Origin: an uncultured virus (IMG/VR IMGVR_UViG_3300021963_000091)
Taxonomy: Duplodnaviria; Heunggongvirae; Uroviricota; Caudoviricetes
DNA length: 64,000 bases
Virus record (IMG/VR): IMGVR_UViG_3300021963_000091
Reading direction: 5' to 3' (one strand)
The position numbers were made by a program, and so were the translations under genes. Below, in pieces: positions 1 to 9,130 of this stretch. Position 1 is the stretch's first letter, and every line of letters begins with the position of its first letter. Below the pieces are notes generated by a model, which was not told where the DNA came from, did not search any database, and worked only from the letters and a program-made list of their open reading frames with translations.

Positions 1-144
1 GCCAAGTCCTCCGAGAGCTCCACCTGCAGCCGCGCCTACGGCTGTTCCGAGGACGGGTATTGCACTGCCGGCTAAGGCGCCTATTGCGGCGCCCTTGGCT
101 GTACCACTGACTACGCCCTCTCTGACAAAATTCTTCTTGATCAT
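1..144 (-). CDS. Partial late protein with glycine-zipper segment (runs off window)
   Basis: Hand translation from ATG at 144: MIKKNFVREGVVSGTAKGAAIGALAGSAIPVLGTAVGAAAGGALGGLG; TATAAATA 5 nt upstream; not in ORF track. Confidence 0.75.
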   Translation of the reverse strand, partial: MIKKNFVREGVVSGTAKGAAIGALAGSAIPVLGTAVGAAAGGALGGLG

Positions 145-149
145 ATAAT

Positions 150-157
150 TATTTATA
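150..157 (-). promoter_or_regulatory. T4-type late promoter TATAAATA
   Basis: Exact gp55 consensus, 5 nt before ATG at 144; a gp55 homolog is in the window. Confidence 0.75.
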
Positions 158-215
158 GTTTATTCTTAATATTATTTATTGAATCTGCTCAATAATTCCG
201 TTTATAAAAACTCTA

Positions 216-890
216 TTAAAGCTTACTTTTAATGCTATTGATAAAGGATAACACCTGCTCCATAAGATATTTCTCTACATCGCTCTTAGGTAAAGCGGCT
301 ATACCTCGCTCGAATTTATCATAAGACTCTTCGAAATCTCCGTTGCTGTTAACGACGAATTGCTTGCTTTCGAGGATGCCGTTAACAAACGCCTTGTTGA
401 ACGATGGGTCAGCGACGCAATCTACTGCAACGAGCCGCATATCTGATACTTTCGATACGCCGCCACCCTGCTCATCGAGCTTACCGAGAGCTCGTGAGCT
501 CATACCTACTCTAACACCGTCGTTAATAAGACACTTAAGTATTTGACCCATAGGAGTCGAAAGTACTTTAGACTTACCATAGAAAACATTACCATCTTGC
601 CACATTTCAGTCACTACATGACAGGCTCTCTCGGGGTTAACTTCTGCAGAGGCGGGGTGATTTAGCTCCCCTATAGCTCTCTGAGTCTTTACCATCTCAG
701 TTACGTATCTATCTACTTCAGCCTTCATTTGCTGGAGTGGGTATAAACGTTTGTTCTTATTAACCACCTCAGCACCCATATACGGACCACGTATATACAT
801 GGTGCTAGGCTCTTTAGTATTCTTCTCCTCAACTATATATTCAAACTCCTCGAGTCGAGCGGGTGGCTCTGTTAATAACTTAAACGGCAT
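216..890 (-). CDS. gp21: Prohead core protease (T4 gp21-like)
   Basis: NKNKRLYP, AIGELNHP, STPMGQI, VGMSSRALG and VADPS motifs; TAAATA at 899-904. Confidence 0.95.
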   Translation of the reverse strand: MPFKLLTEPPARLEEFEYIVEEKNTKEPSTMYIRGPYMGAEVVNKNKRLYPLQQMKAEVDRYVTEMVKTQRAIGELNHPASAEVNPERACHVVTEMWQDGNVFYGKSKVLSTPMGQILKCLINDGVRVGMSSRALGKLDEQGGGVSKVSDMRLVAVDCVADPSFNKAFVNGILESKQFVVNSNGDFEESYDKFERGIAALPKSDVEKYLMEQVLSFINSIKSKL

Positions 891-1030
891 ATTACAATTA
901 TTTATTATAAATGTAACCTTTATTTGATACTCCGCACATTTTCATGATATTAGTAAATTTTTTTAAAAACAGGGGCTATTATAAGAATTTACACCTTATA
1001 GATGTAACCTCGGTATAGACGAGCACTTTG

Positions 1031-1201
1031 TTATGTTGGAATTATCTGCACACCTGTAGGTGTTAGTGATACCGTAGGTGTGATTGTCGGTGTTAAATAT
1101 GTTATAGGCTTAATCGTGGGCGTCAAGGATATAGTAGGCTTAATCGTGGGCGTCAAGGATATAGTAGGCTTAATCGTGGGCGTTGTTATATTTTTTTTCA
1201 T
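1031..1201 (-). CDS. 56-aa Thr/Pro-repeat late peptide
   Basis: Hand translation MKKNITTPTIKPTISLTPTIKPTISLTPTIKPITYLTPTITPTVSLTPTGVQIIPT; TATAAGTA (1207-1214) 5 nt upstream; below ORF-track cutoff. Confidence 0.65.
   Translation of the reverse strand: MKKNITTPTIKPTISLTPTIKPTISLTPTIKPITYLTPTITPTVSLTPTGVQIIPT
1105..1183. repeat. 30-bp tandem repeat, about 2.6 copies (coding)
   Basis: taggcttaatcgtgggcgtcaaggatatag repeated exactly; encodes TPTIKPTISL on the minus strand. Confidence 0.95.
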
Positions 1202-1214
1202 ATAAATACTTATA

Positions 1215-1667
1215 TTAAAATAGATGCTTTTCAGTCAAAATTTGAAATTTATAACCTCGACTATCACACCATTTCTTAGCTGCCTCCCATTTAGCAGTAT
1301 TTACAATATACTGCGTATTTTCGTATAACATTGTTGATTTTCTACTCTTTTTACCCATTACAGGAGGTAAAACTTGTTTGCTTGGCTTAACTTCGATGAT
1401 GTATCTTACGATGCCTGCACTCTCTTTCAAGGCTATTACCCCATCTGTAAAATATCTATGAACTTTACCGTCGATGGGGCTAGTGTACGGTATGATTACT
1501 GCTTCACTCGCCCATTCTAGTACGTTAGGATTATTATCACACCACCTAAAGAACTTTAATTCGTATCCTGAACGGTAAACAGGTTTTTCATTACCTATAT
1601 ATTTCTTAGGATTTATTGGCAGGAATATACCTTGTATAAATTTACCTTTACCGTTTAGAGGGATCAT
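1215..1667 (-). CDS. gp4: Head completion nuclease (T4 gp4-like)
   Basis: NPKKYIG, YRSGYE, WASE, IPYTSPIDGKVHRYFTD, IEVKP, NTAKWEAA. Confidence 0.93.
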   Translation of the reverse strand: MIPLNGKGKFIQGIFLPINPKKYIGNEKPVYRSGYELKFFRWCDNNPNVLEWASEAVIIPYTSPIDGKVHRYFTDGVIALKESAGIVRYIIEVKPSKQVLPPVMGKKSRKSTMLYENTQYIVNTAKWEAAKKWCDSRGYKFQILTEKHLF

Positions 1668-2020
1668 ACAGACTTAGTCTCTATATACACTTCACCGTAT
1701 ACTTCTAGCTGACCGGTTATTGCCTGAAACTCTGATTGAGTGAGCTTATCAATATCTTTTAATTTGTCTAAGCAGTCTTTAATATTAGCCTCTAAAAATT
1801 CTAAATTATCGTCTGAGTTAACTTTCCGTCTAGTCTTAGCGTACGCCGGCCCCTTAACCTTAAAGTGGGCAGCAGTTAGTAGCGCAACTCCTCCCTTCCT
1901 TCGAGCGTCTTTGTATATCTTGTTTGCACCCACCATTCTTTTTGAAATAAAGTCAGGTATCACAGCCTGAGTAGTATCCATTACCTTCTCGTATATTGCT
2001 GTAAAAGACTTAGGAATCAT
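1664..2020 (-). CDS. Hypothetical protein, possible internal head protein
   Basis: 118-aa ORF between gp13 and gp4; N-terminus MIPKSFTAIYE. Confidence 0.65.
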   Translation of the reverse strand: MIPKSFTAIYEKVMDTTQAVIPDFISKRMVGANKIYKDARRKGGVALLTAAHFKVKGPAYAKTRRKVNSDDNLEFLEANIKDCLDKLKDIDKLTQSEFQAITGQLEVYGEVYIETKSV

Positions 2021-2048
2021 ATCTGTATAATATTATATAAGAAATTAT

Positions 2049-3113
2049 TTAACCGACAAAAAAGCAGGGAGGTTCTGCGTCCCCTAGACCGGGTGCACCT
2101 TCATATAATTTTTGCTCGAGCTTATCTCTCTCTGCCAGACCCTGAGACATAAGATCACCGCCGTTAATGTTGCCGCCACCGAACAGGGTCGTGCCGCTAT
2201 ACTTCGATCTTACGATCGCAACAGATAACTTACTTAAAGCAAGAGCATACTGATATACCCACTGCTCCTTAATAATATCCCTTAGCGGTTTTTCAACGTA
2301 GCATGAAATAATGCCATAATACCGGTAGCTATTAGGAGACGGGTGAATTACAAGATACTGCGTCCTCGGATCAAACAATAACGATTTTTTTAGAGCTAAT
2401 AACTTTTCGCGGTTATCGAGCCAATCCTTCATGATGTACCAGCTGACTAGATCAAATCCATAATTGCCCATTGCCGGGCTAAAGTACGTCTGCTGGGCCA
2501 GAGACTGTTCAATGGTAAATAGAGTGTTCATACCTTGATTAGAACCTTCCTCAAAGTCAGTAACATCTACAACTTTCCGGTAATCCATTGCATCGTAATC
2601 AAAGCTGTTGTATCTCTTTTGGGTATCGGTTATAGATGATGCAAAATTAGCAGAGAGCGAATGGCTAAAAGCTACTACACTCAAGTAATCAGTATTAGAT
2701 AATAGCTGGTTTTTAAATATTCCATCAAGGTAGGTAGCGGATAGAGCAGAGCTAGATAAAAATACGCTACTTGAAATAGTAGAAGTAGCTGCGTATACGG
2801 TATCTTCCGGCTTATTAACACGATTAAAGGATGGAGTAATCGAGAAGAGCTGATCTAATCTGATACCCTTATTGCTATCGTATAGATTTGAATCAAATAC
2901 GAGATACTCTTGAGTGTACCCTGCATATTTTGTAAACATCTCGCAGGCTATGGAGATGTTTTCAAATAATTGGTCGTGATGAATCTCTACGTTGATCATA
3001 GGAGCACCAAGAGCGCGAACAATACGATCACCGAGACGCGAAAAGCTATCGATCTTACTATTGAGGTTAGTAGACGTGAACGCCGATATTGGAGTTATGT
3101 CGGTACAGCTCAT
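2049..3113 (-). CDS. gp13: Neck protein (T4 gp13-like)
   Basis: RALGAPMINVEI, WVYQYALAL, KYSG..LFGG..ING, PPCFFVG C-terminus. Confidence 0.9.
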   Translation of the reverse strand: MSCTDITPISAFTSTNLNSKIDSFSRLGDRIVRALGAPMINVEIHHDQLFENISIACEMFTKYAGYTQEYLVFDSNLYDSNKGIRLDQLFSITPSFNRVNKPEDTVYAATSTISSSVFLSSSALSATYLDGIFKNQLLSNTDYLSVVAFSHSLSANFASSITDTQKRYNSFDYDAMDYRKVVDVTDFEEGSNQGMNTLFTIEQSLAQQTYFSPAMGNYGFDLVSWYIMKDWLDNREKLLALKKSLLFDPRTQYLVIHPSPNSYRYYGIISCYVEKPLRDIIKEQWVYQYALALSKLSVAIVRSKYSGTTLFGGGNINGGDLMSQGLAERDKLEQKLYEGAPGLGDAEPPCFFVG

Positions 3114-4915
3114 AATACTTCACCTCCTGCTGGAGCAGCGGGTGCAGCGGGTGCGGTCTCTGCTTCAGGTTCTGCTTCAGGTTCTGCTTCAGGTTCTGCC
3201 CCGGGGGTAGGTCCGAAGCCGGGCGGTAAGCCTCCGCCTCCACCTCCGCCTCCGCCAAGGCCCGGCATAGGTGCGCCACCTAATTCAGCCGCCCCGCCTT
3301 TAACTGAAGCTTGGTCCGCCTGCTCCTTCCAGTTAGGTCCCCCAACTTTAATTTGTTCAATTTCCCACTGAAATTCGGTATCCTTCCTCAAAAACTCGCG
3401 GTTAGCTAGAATATCAGTATCAGACCACGTTAAATACTTCTTTTGTGCAAAAGTCTTTGATATCATCTCGCTTGTTGCAAGGCTATTATAAGAGGTAAAT
3501 TTTAGTTGCAGCTTTTGCTGTTCCCGTAATTCATAGAAGTTAGTGGGAACATTAAACTCAAATTCAAATTGCTCCTCTCTAATGTCAAACTTATCCCATA
3601 GCTTCTTGAGCTTGAGGTGAGTGATAAACCCCGGCTTAATAGCAGATGCAAGACGTTGTTGCTGTCTGATTACGAACCGAGCAAATTTTAATTCCTCTCT
3701 CAAAATACTTTCACCATCATTAAAAGTATCCTCCGGGTTAACTCGTGATGTAGGAACCTTAAGAGCCTTGTATAACTTCTTCGTGAAGTATAGTAGATCT
3801 GTAATCTCTCCTAGATTCTGGCCTCCAGCTAACTGAGTTACTGATGTTCCCTCAGAGCCCGCACGCTTCGCAAACCAAAAACTATCCAACATTGACTGAG
3901 GATTAAACTTATTAACGGTACCAGAGGTTGAATCCGTATCAAACGTTCTCTTTGACCAGTATTGCTGCATTAACTTACGCAAGTACCCCTCGGCCTTAGG
4001 TGGAGGCATATTACCTACATCAACATTAAACACTAGCTTCTCAGGCGCTCTTACAAGTCTATATATAACGATAGAATCCTCAATTAACGAAAGTTGTCGG
4101 TAGGCTCGACGAGCATTTTCGATAAACGGTAACCTAATAGTCTTATTCTCATTCCAGATACCAGAGTTAGCGTAGGTTACTTGATTAATATTAAGAGGAA
4201 CTAGCTGTTGTGACGTTACCTTTTTAGGATCTGTTGCGTCATATATCATCTTCCGTATTAGGTACCCTTTCACAAGCTGATTCTGTGAGTTTGAATAGAT
4301 TGGATCTACTAAGTCACTAGGTATAGGTAAAATACCTAAAATACCCTTCTCAGGATGATCTTTATGGATAACGTGCTCGAAGTATATCTCAGCCTCGATG
4401 AGTAGCTGTCTGAAATACTCCCACCCCTTCGTCTGCCACTTAAAGAAGCCTGAATATTGTTTAAATTCGTCAATAATAGTACTTTGATAACGTGTAGATA
4501 TCTTCGACCCCGGGAACTTTATATTAACAACGTCACCATCACTGTTGGGATTGATCATCTCATCACATATCTCGTCTAATGCATCAGAAACCTCCGAAAA
4601 CGCTGCCATACCCCGATACTCTCCCAATCGCTTACCTTTATCGGGAGTAATATTCGAATACATGTATTCGAAAAACTCCTTATTACGTAAGACGTTCGCG
4701 GCGGGTTCATCATATTCGATACTCGATGCAATCGACTTATCAATTAAATTTTGTTGTAAGTTTGTACCCTCATCTTTAAAGATATTAAACTTAGGATTAA
4801 GCTCGTTTACGCGATCCATCACGCTATAAGAAGTGTACGGTAAGCGGGAGGTAATATACTTTGCGATATCTCTACCGAACGTACTCGAGCTATTAGGGCT
4901 TAGGTAATCTGCCAT
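3110..4915 (-). CDS. gp20: Portal vertex protein (T4 gp20-like) with Gly/Pro/Glu-rich tail
   Basis: EDSIVIYRLVRAPEKLVFNVDVGNMP, SMLDSFWFAKR, LAGGQNLGE, LYKALKVP, REELKF; TAAATA at 4924-4929. Confidence 0.97.
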   Translation of the reverse strand: MADYLSPNSSSTFGRDIAKYITSRLPYTSYSVMDRVNELNPKFNIFKDEGTNLQQNLIDKSIASSIEYDEPAANVLRNKEFFEYMYSNITPDKGKRLGEYRGMAAFSEVSDALDEICDEMINPNSDGDVVNIKFPGSKISTRYQSTIIDEFKQYSGFFKWQTKGWEYFRQLLIEAEIYFEHVIHKDHPEKGILGILPIPSDLVDPIYSNSQNQLVKGYLIRKMIYDATDPKKVTSQQLVPLNINQVTYANSGIWNENKTIRLPFIENARRAYRQLSLIEDSIVIYRLVRAPEKLVFNVDVGNMPPPKAEGYLRKLMQQYWSKRTFDTDSTSGTVNKFNPQSMLDSFWFAKRAGSEGTSVTQLAGGQNLGEITDLLYFTKKLYKALKVPTSRVNPEDTFNDGESILREELKFARFVIRQQQRLASAIKPGFITHLKLKKLWDKFDIREEQFEFEFNVPTNFYELREQQKLQLKFTSYNSLATSEMISKTFAQKKYLTWSDTDILANREFLRKDTEFQWEIEQIKVGGPNWKEQADQASVKGGAAELGGAPMPGLGGGGGGGGGLPPGFGPTPGAEPEAEPEAEPEAETAPAAPAAPAGGEVL

Positions 4916-4947
4916 GTTAATTATATTTATTAAGGGTACGCGACGTT

Positions 4948-5931
4948 CTACGTAATTTGAGCTGTTAGCGTATTTTGAGTTGTAGAATTAAAGCTAGTCG
5001 ACAATGCCGGGTTAAAGGTAAATACACTCATATAATCTACATTAGTTAAAAACTCTGCATTTTGAATACCAAACGGGTATTTTGTAAGGAGTAGTTGGTT
5101 AGGTCTAAAGACACTTTGCGCGATATTTGTATTAGCTGCATACCCCGATAAGACAAAACCCGTTAACGAAACTGTTTCCATATCGCTTATCAGGCCGGTA
5201 CTTACTGGGTACGTGAATGTCTCGTCAGAGAGTGATTCATATGTAGACTCTAAAGTAACTCCAGAGCTATTATAAAAATTTGCATCAATTTGGAATATAT
5301 TCTTGGTCTCTTCATCAGGAGCAGCAGGAAATAACCAACCTTTAATGGTGAAACTTGTATCGCCAGTGACCCTAAACTTTGCACCTGCAGCCGGTTCTGT
5401 CGGATACGATAGAGCAATGGAACCGTTCCATAATACCTCAGATCTAATCTCATATAGATTAGACAGGTTAAAGTCTGTAGGTATTTTCCACGACAAAATA
5501 ATATACGGGTTACTATATGGAACAAAATTCGATATTATTTGATCCATATCCGATTGATATTTTGTCAAAATCGACATATTCACAACGATATCAATTGGTA
5601 CCGGCGTTCTCATATACGATGTAGTCATACTATATGGCTCCGTATCCGTTGAACGTCTCTGAAAGTAGAACCCTGGCACCTTATTAAACACTCTATCGCT
5701 AGCCCTACTGATTGATGCTATAGAAATAGCAACTACGGGTATGGTTATATTCTGCGTCTTATTGACTAAATCAAATACTACCCGTTCCTTAGGTGAGTAA
5801 ACGTACCTAACCTGAATTTTATTCTGTATTTCGCGATTCTTATTGTATCTTTTAATAATAACACTGTCGAGCGCAGCAATAAACTGCGTCAATAGATCTC
5901 GAATTTCAAAAAAATACCCCTGATTTGTCAT
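4948..5931 (-). CDS. gp15: Tail sheath stabiliser/terminator (T4 gp15-like)
   Basis: VRYVYSPKER, PVPIDI, DMDQIISNFVPY, FTIKGWLF. Confidence 0.85.
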   Translation of the reverse strand: MTNQGYFFEIRDLLTQFIAALDSVIIKRYNKNREIQNKIQVRYVYSPKERVVFDLVNKTQNITIPVVAISIASISRASDRVFNKVPGFYFQRRSTDTEPYSMTTSYMRTPVPIDIVVNMSILTKYQSDMDQIISNFVPYSNPYIILSWKIPTDFNLSNLYEIRSEVLWNGSIALSYPTEPAAGAKFRVTGDTSFTIKGWLFPAAPDEETKNIFQIDANFYNSSGVTLESTYESLSDETFTYPVSTGLISDMETVSLTGFVLSGYAANTNIAQSVFRPNQLLLTKYPFGIQNAEFLTNVDYMSVFTFNPALSTSFNSTTQNTLTAQIT

Positions 5932-5953
5932 TATATTTACGAATTACTTAATA

Positions 5954-7582
5954 CTACTGCAGTCTATCTATAAAGTGTTTTGGTAGTTTACCCTTTGCTC
6001 TAAAAATGACATCCTTAATACAACCGTCGAGGATATAGGTAATAGAGTGATCCTCTGCGCTTCGTGTAGCTCTACCAGAGGCTTGTACCAGCGTATTGAG
6101 CATCCTATTTTCGTACCAGTCTTTATCTACGTCGAACATCTTTTTAATTCTTTTATCAGACAGAGGTAAGTAGGGTAGCTTAACAATAATTTGAAAGCGT
6201 GCAAGACTGTCCTTTAAATCAATACCGTACGCGAGCGAGGGACTAATTAATACAGTGGGGTCCTTACTAGCGTAATGTTCGAATAGAATCTCTTCGTTAG
6301 TAGCATTATCACTTCTAAATAAAAATCTATCACTCTTGGGTAAAGCAGAGCTGATTACATTACATATATACTGCGTGTGAGTATGAATAACCCCTTTATC
6401 ATCTTTATGCTGTTCGCATATTTCTGCTATTTGCTTTATGACGTGAGGTAAGTTTTGTTCGAGATTTGTATAGTTAAGTTTATATTTCGATGAGATGTAG
6501 ATAGGTGATTTAGCTGCATCAAATTGAGATGGAACATCAATAAACTCGTAATCCGTGATACCTAGACTCTTAGCAAAGTTTTTATGATCGATAATAGTAG
6601 CCGACATTAACAAGATTTTCTCACCAAAATCAAACAAGTGGTAAGACAGCTTATCAACCCTTAGCGGAGTTAATTTAAATACTAATTTGTCTCTCTCGAT
6701 AATATAATCCGCACTCTCCCAGCTACTATCAACGGCTAATAACGATCGGTAAGTATTAGACAAATACTTTAATCGGAAAAATTCACCTTCTGTTGGATCT
6801 CCCTGACGTTTTGTTAACCGAGATTTTAATTCCGTGATCGCACCTGCAACTTTAAATACTAGATCACTAATCCATGGGCGCATATTCTCGTGGTAAATAT
6901 TCTTTGGCGGTTCAACCTCAACATCATTCTTAACTAGCTTAGCTACATCTATCTCTGCAGAAAATCTCCGGGTAAGCTCCTCCTCTAGTTCTGAAGCTTC
7001 ATCACATACTAAAAACGTCTTATGCTTAACGTGATCCGGTAGAGATAAAAACATCTTATAATTAAGCGCGGAAAAGTTGCTCAATAAACCATCCTTACGA
7101 GCATTATAATACTCACAAATATTACTTTTCCAGCATCCCTCCTTTACCTTCTTAGACAAGACACACGGACCGGTCTCTACATCCACACTGGTATCAATCT
7201 TACAGGTGTAATTTGACTTGCCCTTCATAACTGCTACATCGTCGAAGAGTTTCTTATATTGATCTTGTAGAGATTTTGTAATAGTTAAAACAAACGCGCC
7301 GGACGGTCCTTGCTCTAAACATTTATCTGCATTGGAATATTCTCCGGTAGAATTCAATCTAAAGGCATCATGACTATCAACTAATGAATTGAAGTCCTTG
7401 GTATGATGCTTACTAATTTTTTCGAAGGTCTTAGCTATTAAGCTCTTACCCGAACCTGTCGGCGCGCAGCAAATTACAACTTTCTTTGTTTTAAACGCTT
7501 CCTCTAGCTTCTTAAGAACATCCGCCTGAGAGGTCGTGGGAGTAAACCCTCTAGGAAAATTCGCGACGTAATTATTAATCAC
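5954..7582 (-). CDS. DinG/XPD-like SF2 helicase with Fe-S cysteine cluster
   Basis: APTGSGKS, KGKSNYTC followed by three more Cys, CDEAS, LMSAT, QASGRATRS..D. Confidence 0.88.
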   Translation of the reverse strand: MINNYVANFPRGFTPTTSQADVLKKLEEAFKTKKVVICCAPTGSGKSLIAKTFEKISKHHTKDFNSLVDSHDAFRLNSTGEYSNADKCLEQGPSGAFVLTITKSLQDQYKKLFDDVAVMKGKSNYTCKIDTSVDVETGPCVLSKKVKEGCWKSNICEYYNARKDGLLSNFSALNYKMFLSLPDHVKHKTFLVCDEASELEEELTRRFSAEIDVAKLVKNDVEVEPPKNIYHENMRPWISDLVFKVAGAITELKSRLTKRQGDPTEGEFFRLKYLSNTYRSLLAVDSSWESADYIIERDKLVFKLTPLRVDKLSYHLFDFGEKILLMSATIIDHKNFAKSLGITDYEFIDVPSQFDAAKSPIYISSKYKLNYTNLEQNLPHVIKQIAEICEQHKDDKGVIHTHTQYICNVISSALPKSDRFLFRSDNATNEEILFEHYASKDPTVLISPSLAYGIDLKDSLARFQIIVKLPYLPLSDKRIKKMFDVDKDWYENRMLNTLVQASGRATRSAEDHSITYILDGCIKDVIFRAKGKLPKHFIDRLQ

Positions 7583-7588
7583 ATAACT

Positions 7589-7616
7589 AATATATTAGAT
7601 ATCAGAGGATTGTCAA
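7589..7616 (-). promoter_or_regulatory. Sigma70-type early promoter TTGACA-N16-TATATT
   Basis: Perfect -35; -10 lies 6 nt before GTG at 7582. Confidence 0.75.
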
Positions 7617-7963
7617 TCCTTCGATAAAATATAAATATCACGGTCGTATATTTTATGCACTTTAGATCTACTTATGAGTCGCATTGAGAGCTTGACATCC
7701 TCGTCTTGTTGGTGAAAGGACTCTAACCGGTAAGATAACTTAATATTATTAGGTCCCGCTTCATATATAAAGGGAACTGGTAGTTCATAATATGTCATGC
7801 GGCCTGATATAGGTTGAGCTAGGCTAAATACCAGGTAAAAGTTTTTAATACTAAATAAAACTAGCTTGCCTTCGCGCAGAGTCTTATCATTTAATTTTAT
7901 TATTATATTACGCTGGAGGAGGGGGCTAAAGGCTTCTTCAAGATTGGCAATGTTGTAGGTCAT
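7613..7963 (-). CDS. Hypothetical protein
   Basis: 116-aa ORF with 4-nt overlap to upstream gene. Confidence 0.7.
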   Translation of the reverse strand: MTYNIANLEEAFSPLLQRNIIIKLNDKTLREGKLVLFSIKNFYLVFSLAQPISGRMTYYELPVPFIYEAGPNNIKLSYRLESFHQQDEDVKLSMRLISRSKVHKIYDRDIYILSKD

Positions 7964-8337
7964 TTGTTCATGAAGTTCATCTTATCTGCAGCACTCATTA
8001 CTCCCAGTCTGCGCTCATTAAAGAATTTCCAGAAATCTTGAACCGGTACTATAGTCAATACATCACACGCGTTCATATTTATATTGCGGTAATCTTGCAT
8101 AAAAATATCCCATGTAATCACGAGATTTTTAATATCCGGGTTATACCTAGGCCGATTATAAGCCGGCCGAAAGTTGAGCGCTATTCTACCTTCAGGTGAG
8201 TTCAGGAGTGCTAAATTACCAGTGCATAGCATCCGGCGCGTTGGAGGCGAACCGGGCTTTAGTACACGTCTTACGAACTTTAATTCTAAGACATTGCTAT
8301 ACTGCAAGGTTTTTATTGTAGCTAGCGACGCTCTCAT
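7960..8337 (-). CDS. Hypothetical protein, possibly WYL/SH3-like beta-barrel
   Basis: VLELKFVRR..RRMLCT..VITWDIFMQDYRNI pattern. Confidence 0.6.
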   Translation of the reverse strand: MRASLATIKTLQYSNVLELKFVRRVLKPGSPPTRRMLCTGNLALLNSPEGRIALNFRPAYNRPRYNPDIKNLVITWDIFMQDYRNINMNACDVLTIVPVQDFWKFFNERRLGVMSAADKMNFMNK

Positions 8338-8740
8338 CAGATTCGTTTAAGGCTGCAATACCAAAAATTCTCTGTTCGTTTAAAAACAGACCCTTATCAA
8401 TAGTACCGTGCCCCTCTACTTCAATATTAGCGATAGGTATACCCATATTATTAGGGAAGATAACATATTCGCCTGGCTTTGCAAGTTTTGCGTTCGGTCC
8501 TGCAAGAATAACATAACCGATTCTCCAGGCCTTAGAATCGACGTTCACCGGTACAAAAATACTTCCTCTCTTAATAAGACTACCGTCGCTTGTCTCGTCA
8601 GCATACCTAACAAGAAGTACATCATCGAGCACTGCTTTCAGCTTAAACCCGTATAGGACGGAATTAAAGCTATTCTTAGGAAACGACGCTAAGTCGAGTA
8701 GTGATTTTTTTGTAGATAGAATATCTATGTCTAATGGCAT
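8297..8740 (-). CDS. GroES-like co-chaperonin
   Basis: DDVLLVRY, GSIFVP, GYVILAGP, KPGEYVIFP, FLNEQRIFG. Confidence 0.8.
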   Translation of the reverse strand: MPLDIDILSTKKSLLDLASFPKNSFNSVLYGFKLKAVLDDVLLVRYADETSDGSLIKRGSIFVPVNVDSKAWRIGYVILAGPNAKLAKPGEYVIFPNNMGIPIANIEVEGHGTIDKGLFLNEQRIFGIAALNESDESVASYNKNLAV

Positions 8741-8743
8741 ATG

Positions 8744-9130
8744 TTATATATTACTCGATACGCTCATTAACTCCACTAGTTTAGCACATTCAATAACCTC
8801 TCTTTGAGAGGTTTGTCTGGTCTTTGCTATCAGATCTGTATACTTGAACTCCTTATCCTCCTTCGCAGACTTTTTGATATAAGAAATCTTTTTAAAACTA
8901 ACCTTAGGCAAAACACTTACATAGAAATCAAATAGGTCCTTTTTATTATCAAATACAGTAGAATATCTATTTGTTGTTTCGTTCACCACATTGCACATCT
9001 GCGGTGAATACATAGATAGCCATCTATTTACCATGTAGGGACTAAACTCCTTCTCATCATCAGATGATTGAAGTAATGCCTTATTTTTAGTGAAGATAGT
9101 CGCTTCAATAAAGTCGAAGATAGTACTCAT
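8744..9130 (-). CDS. Clamp-loader small subunit-like (T4 gp62-like)
   Basis: IFDFI..I, FSPYMVNRWLSM, VNETTN, LPKV....YIKK. Confidence 0.65.
   Translation of the reverse strand: MSTIFDFIEATIFTKNKALLQSSDDEKEFSPYMVNRWLSMYSPQMCNVVNETTNRYSTVFDNKKDLFDFYVSVLPKVSFKKISYIKKSAKEDKEFKYTDLIAKTRQTSQREVIECAKLVELMSVSSNI

Noticed and set aside
1105..1183. 30-bp repeats as a mini CRISPR array
   Set aside because: The copies are contiguous with no spacers, the period is a multiple of 3 within an ORF, and no cas genes are present.
1201..1208. Plus-strand TATAAATA pointing antisense into gp4
   Set aside because: It overlaps the minus-strand TATAAGTA and ATG in very AT-rich DNA and has no downstream ORF; probably incidental.
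2970..4829. Plus-strand ORFs over portal and neck genes, and similar short antisense ORFs elsewhere in the track
   Set aside because: They lie opposite well-supported conserved genes and have no motifs or promoters.
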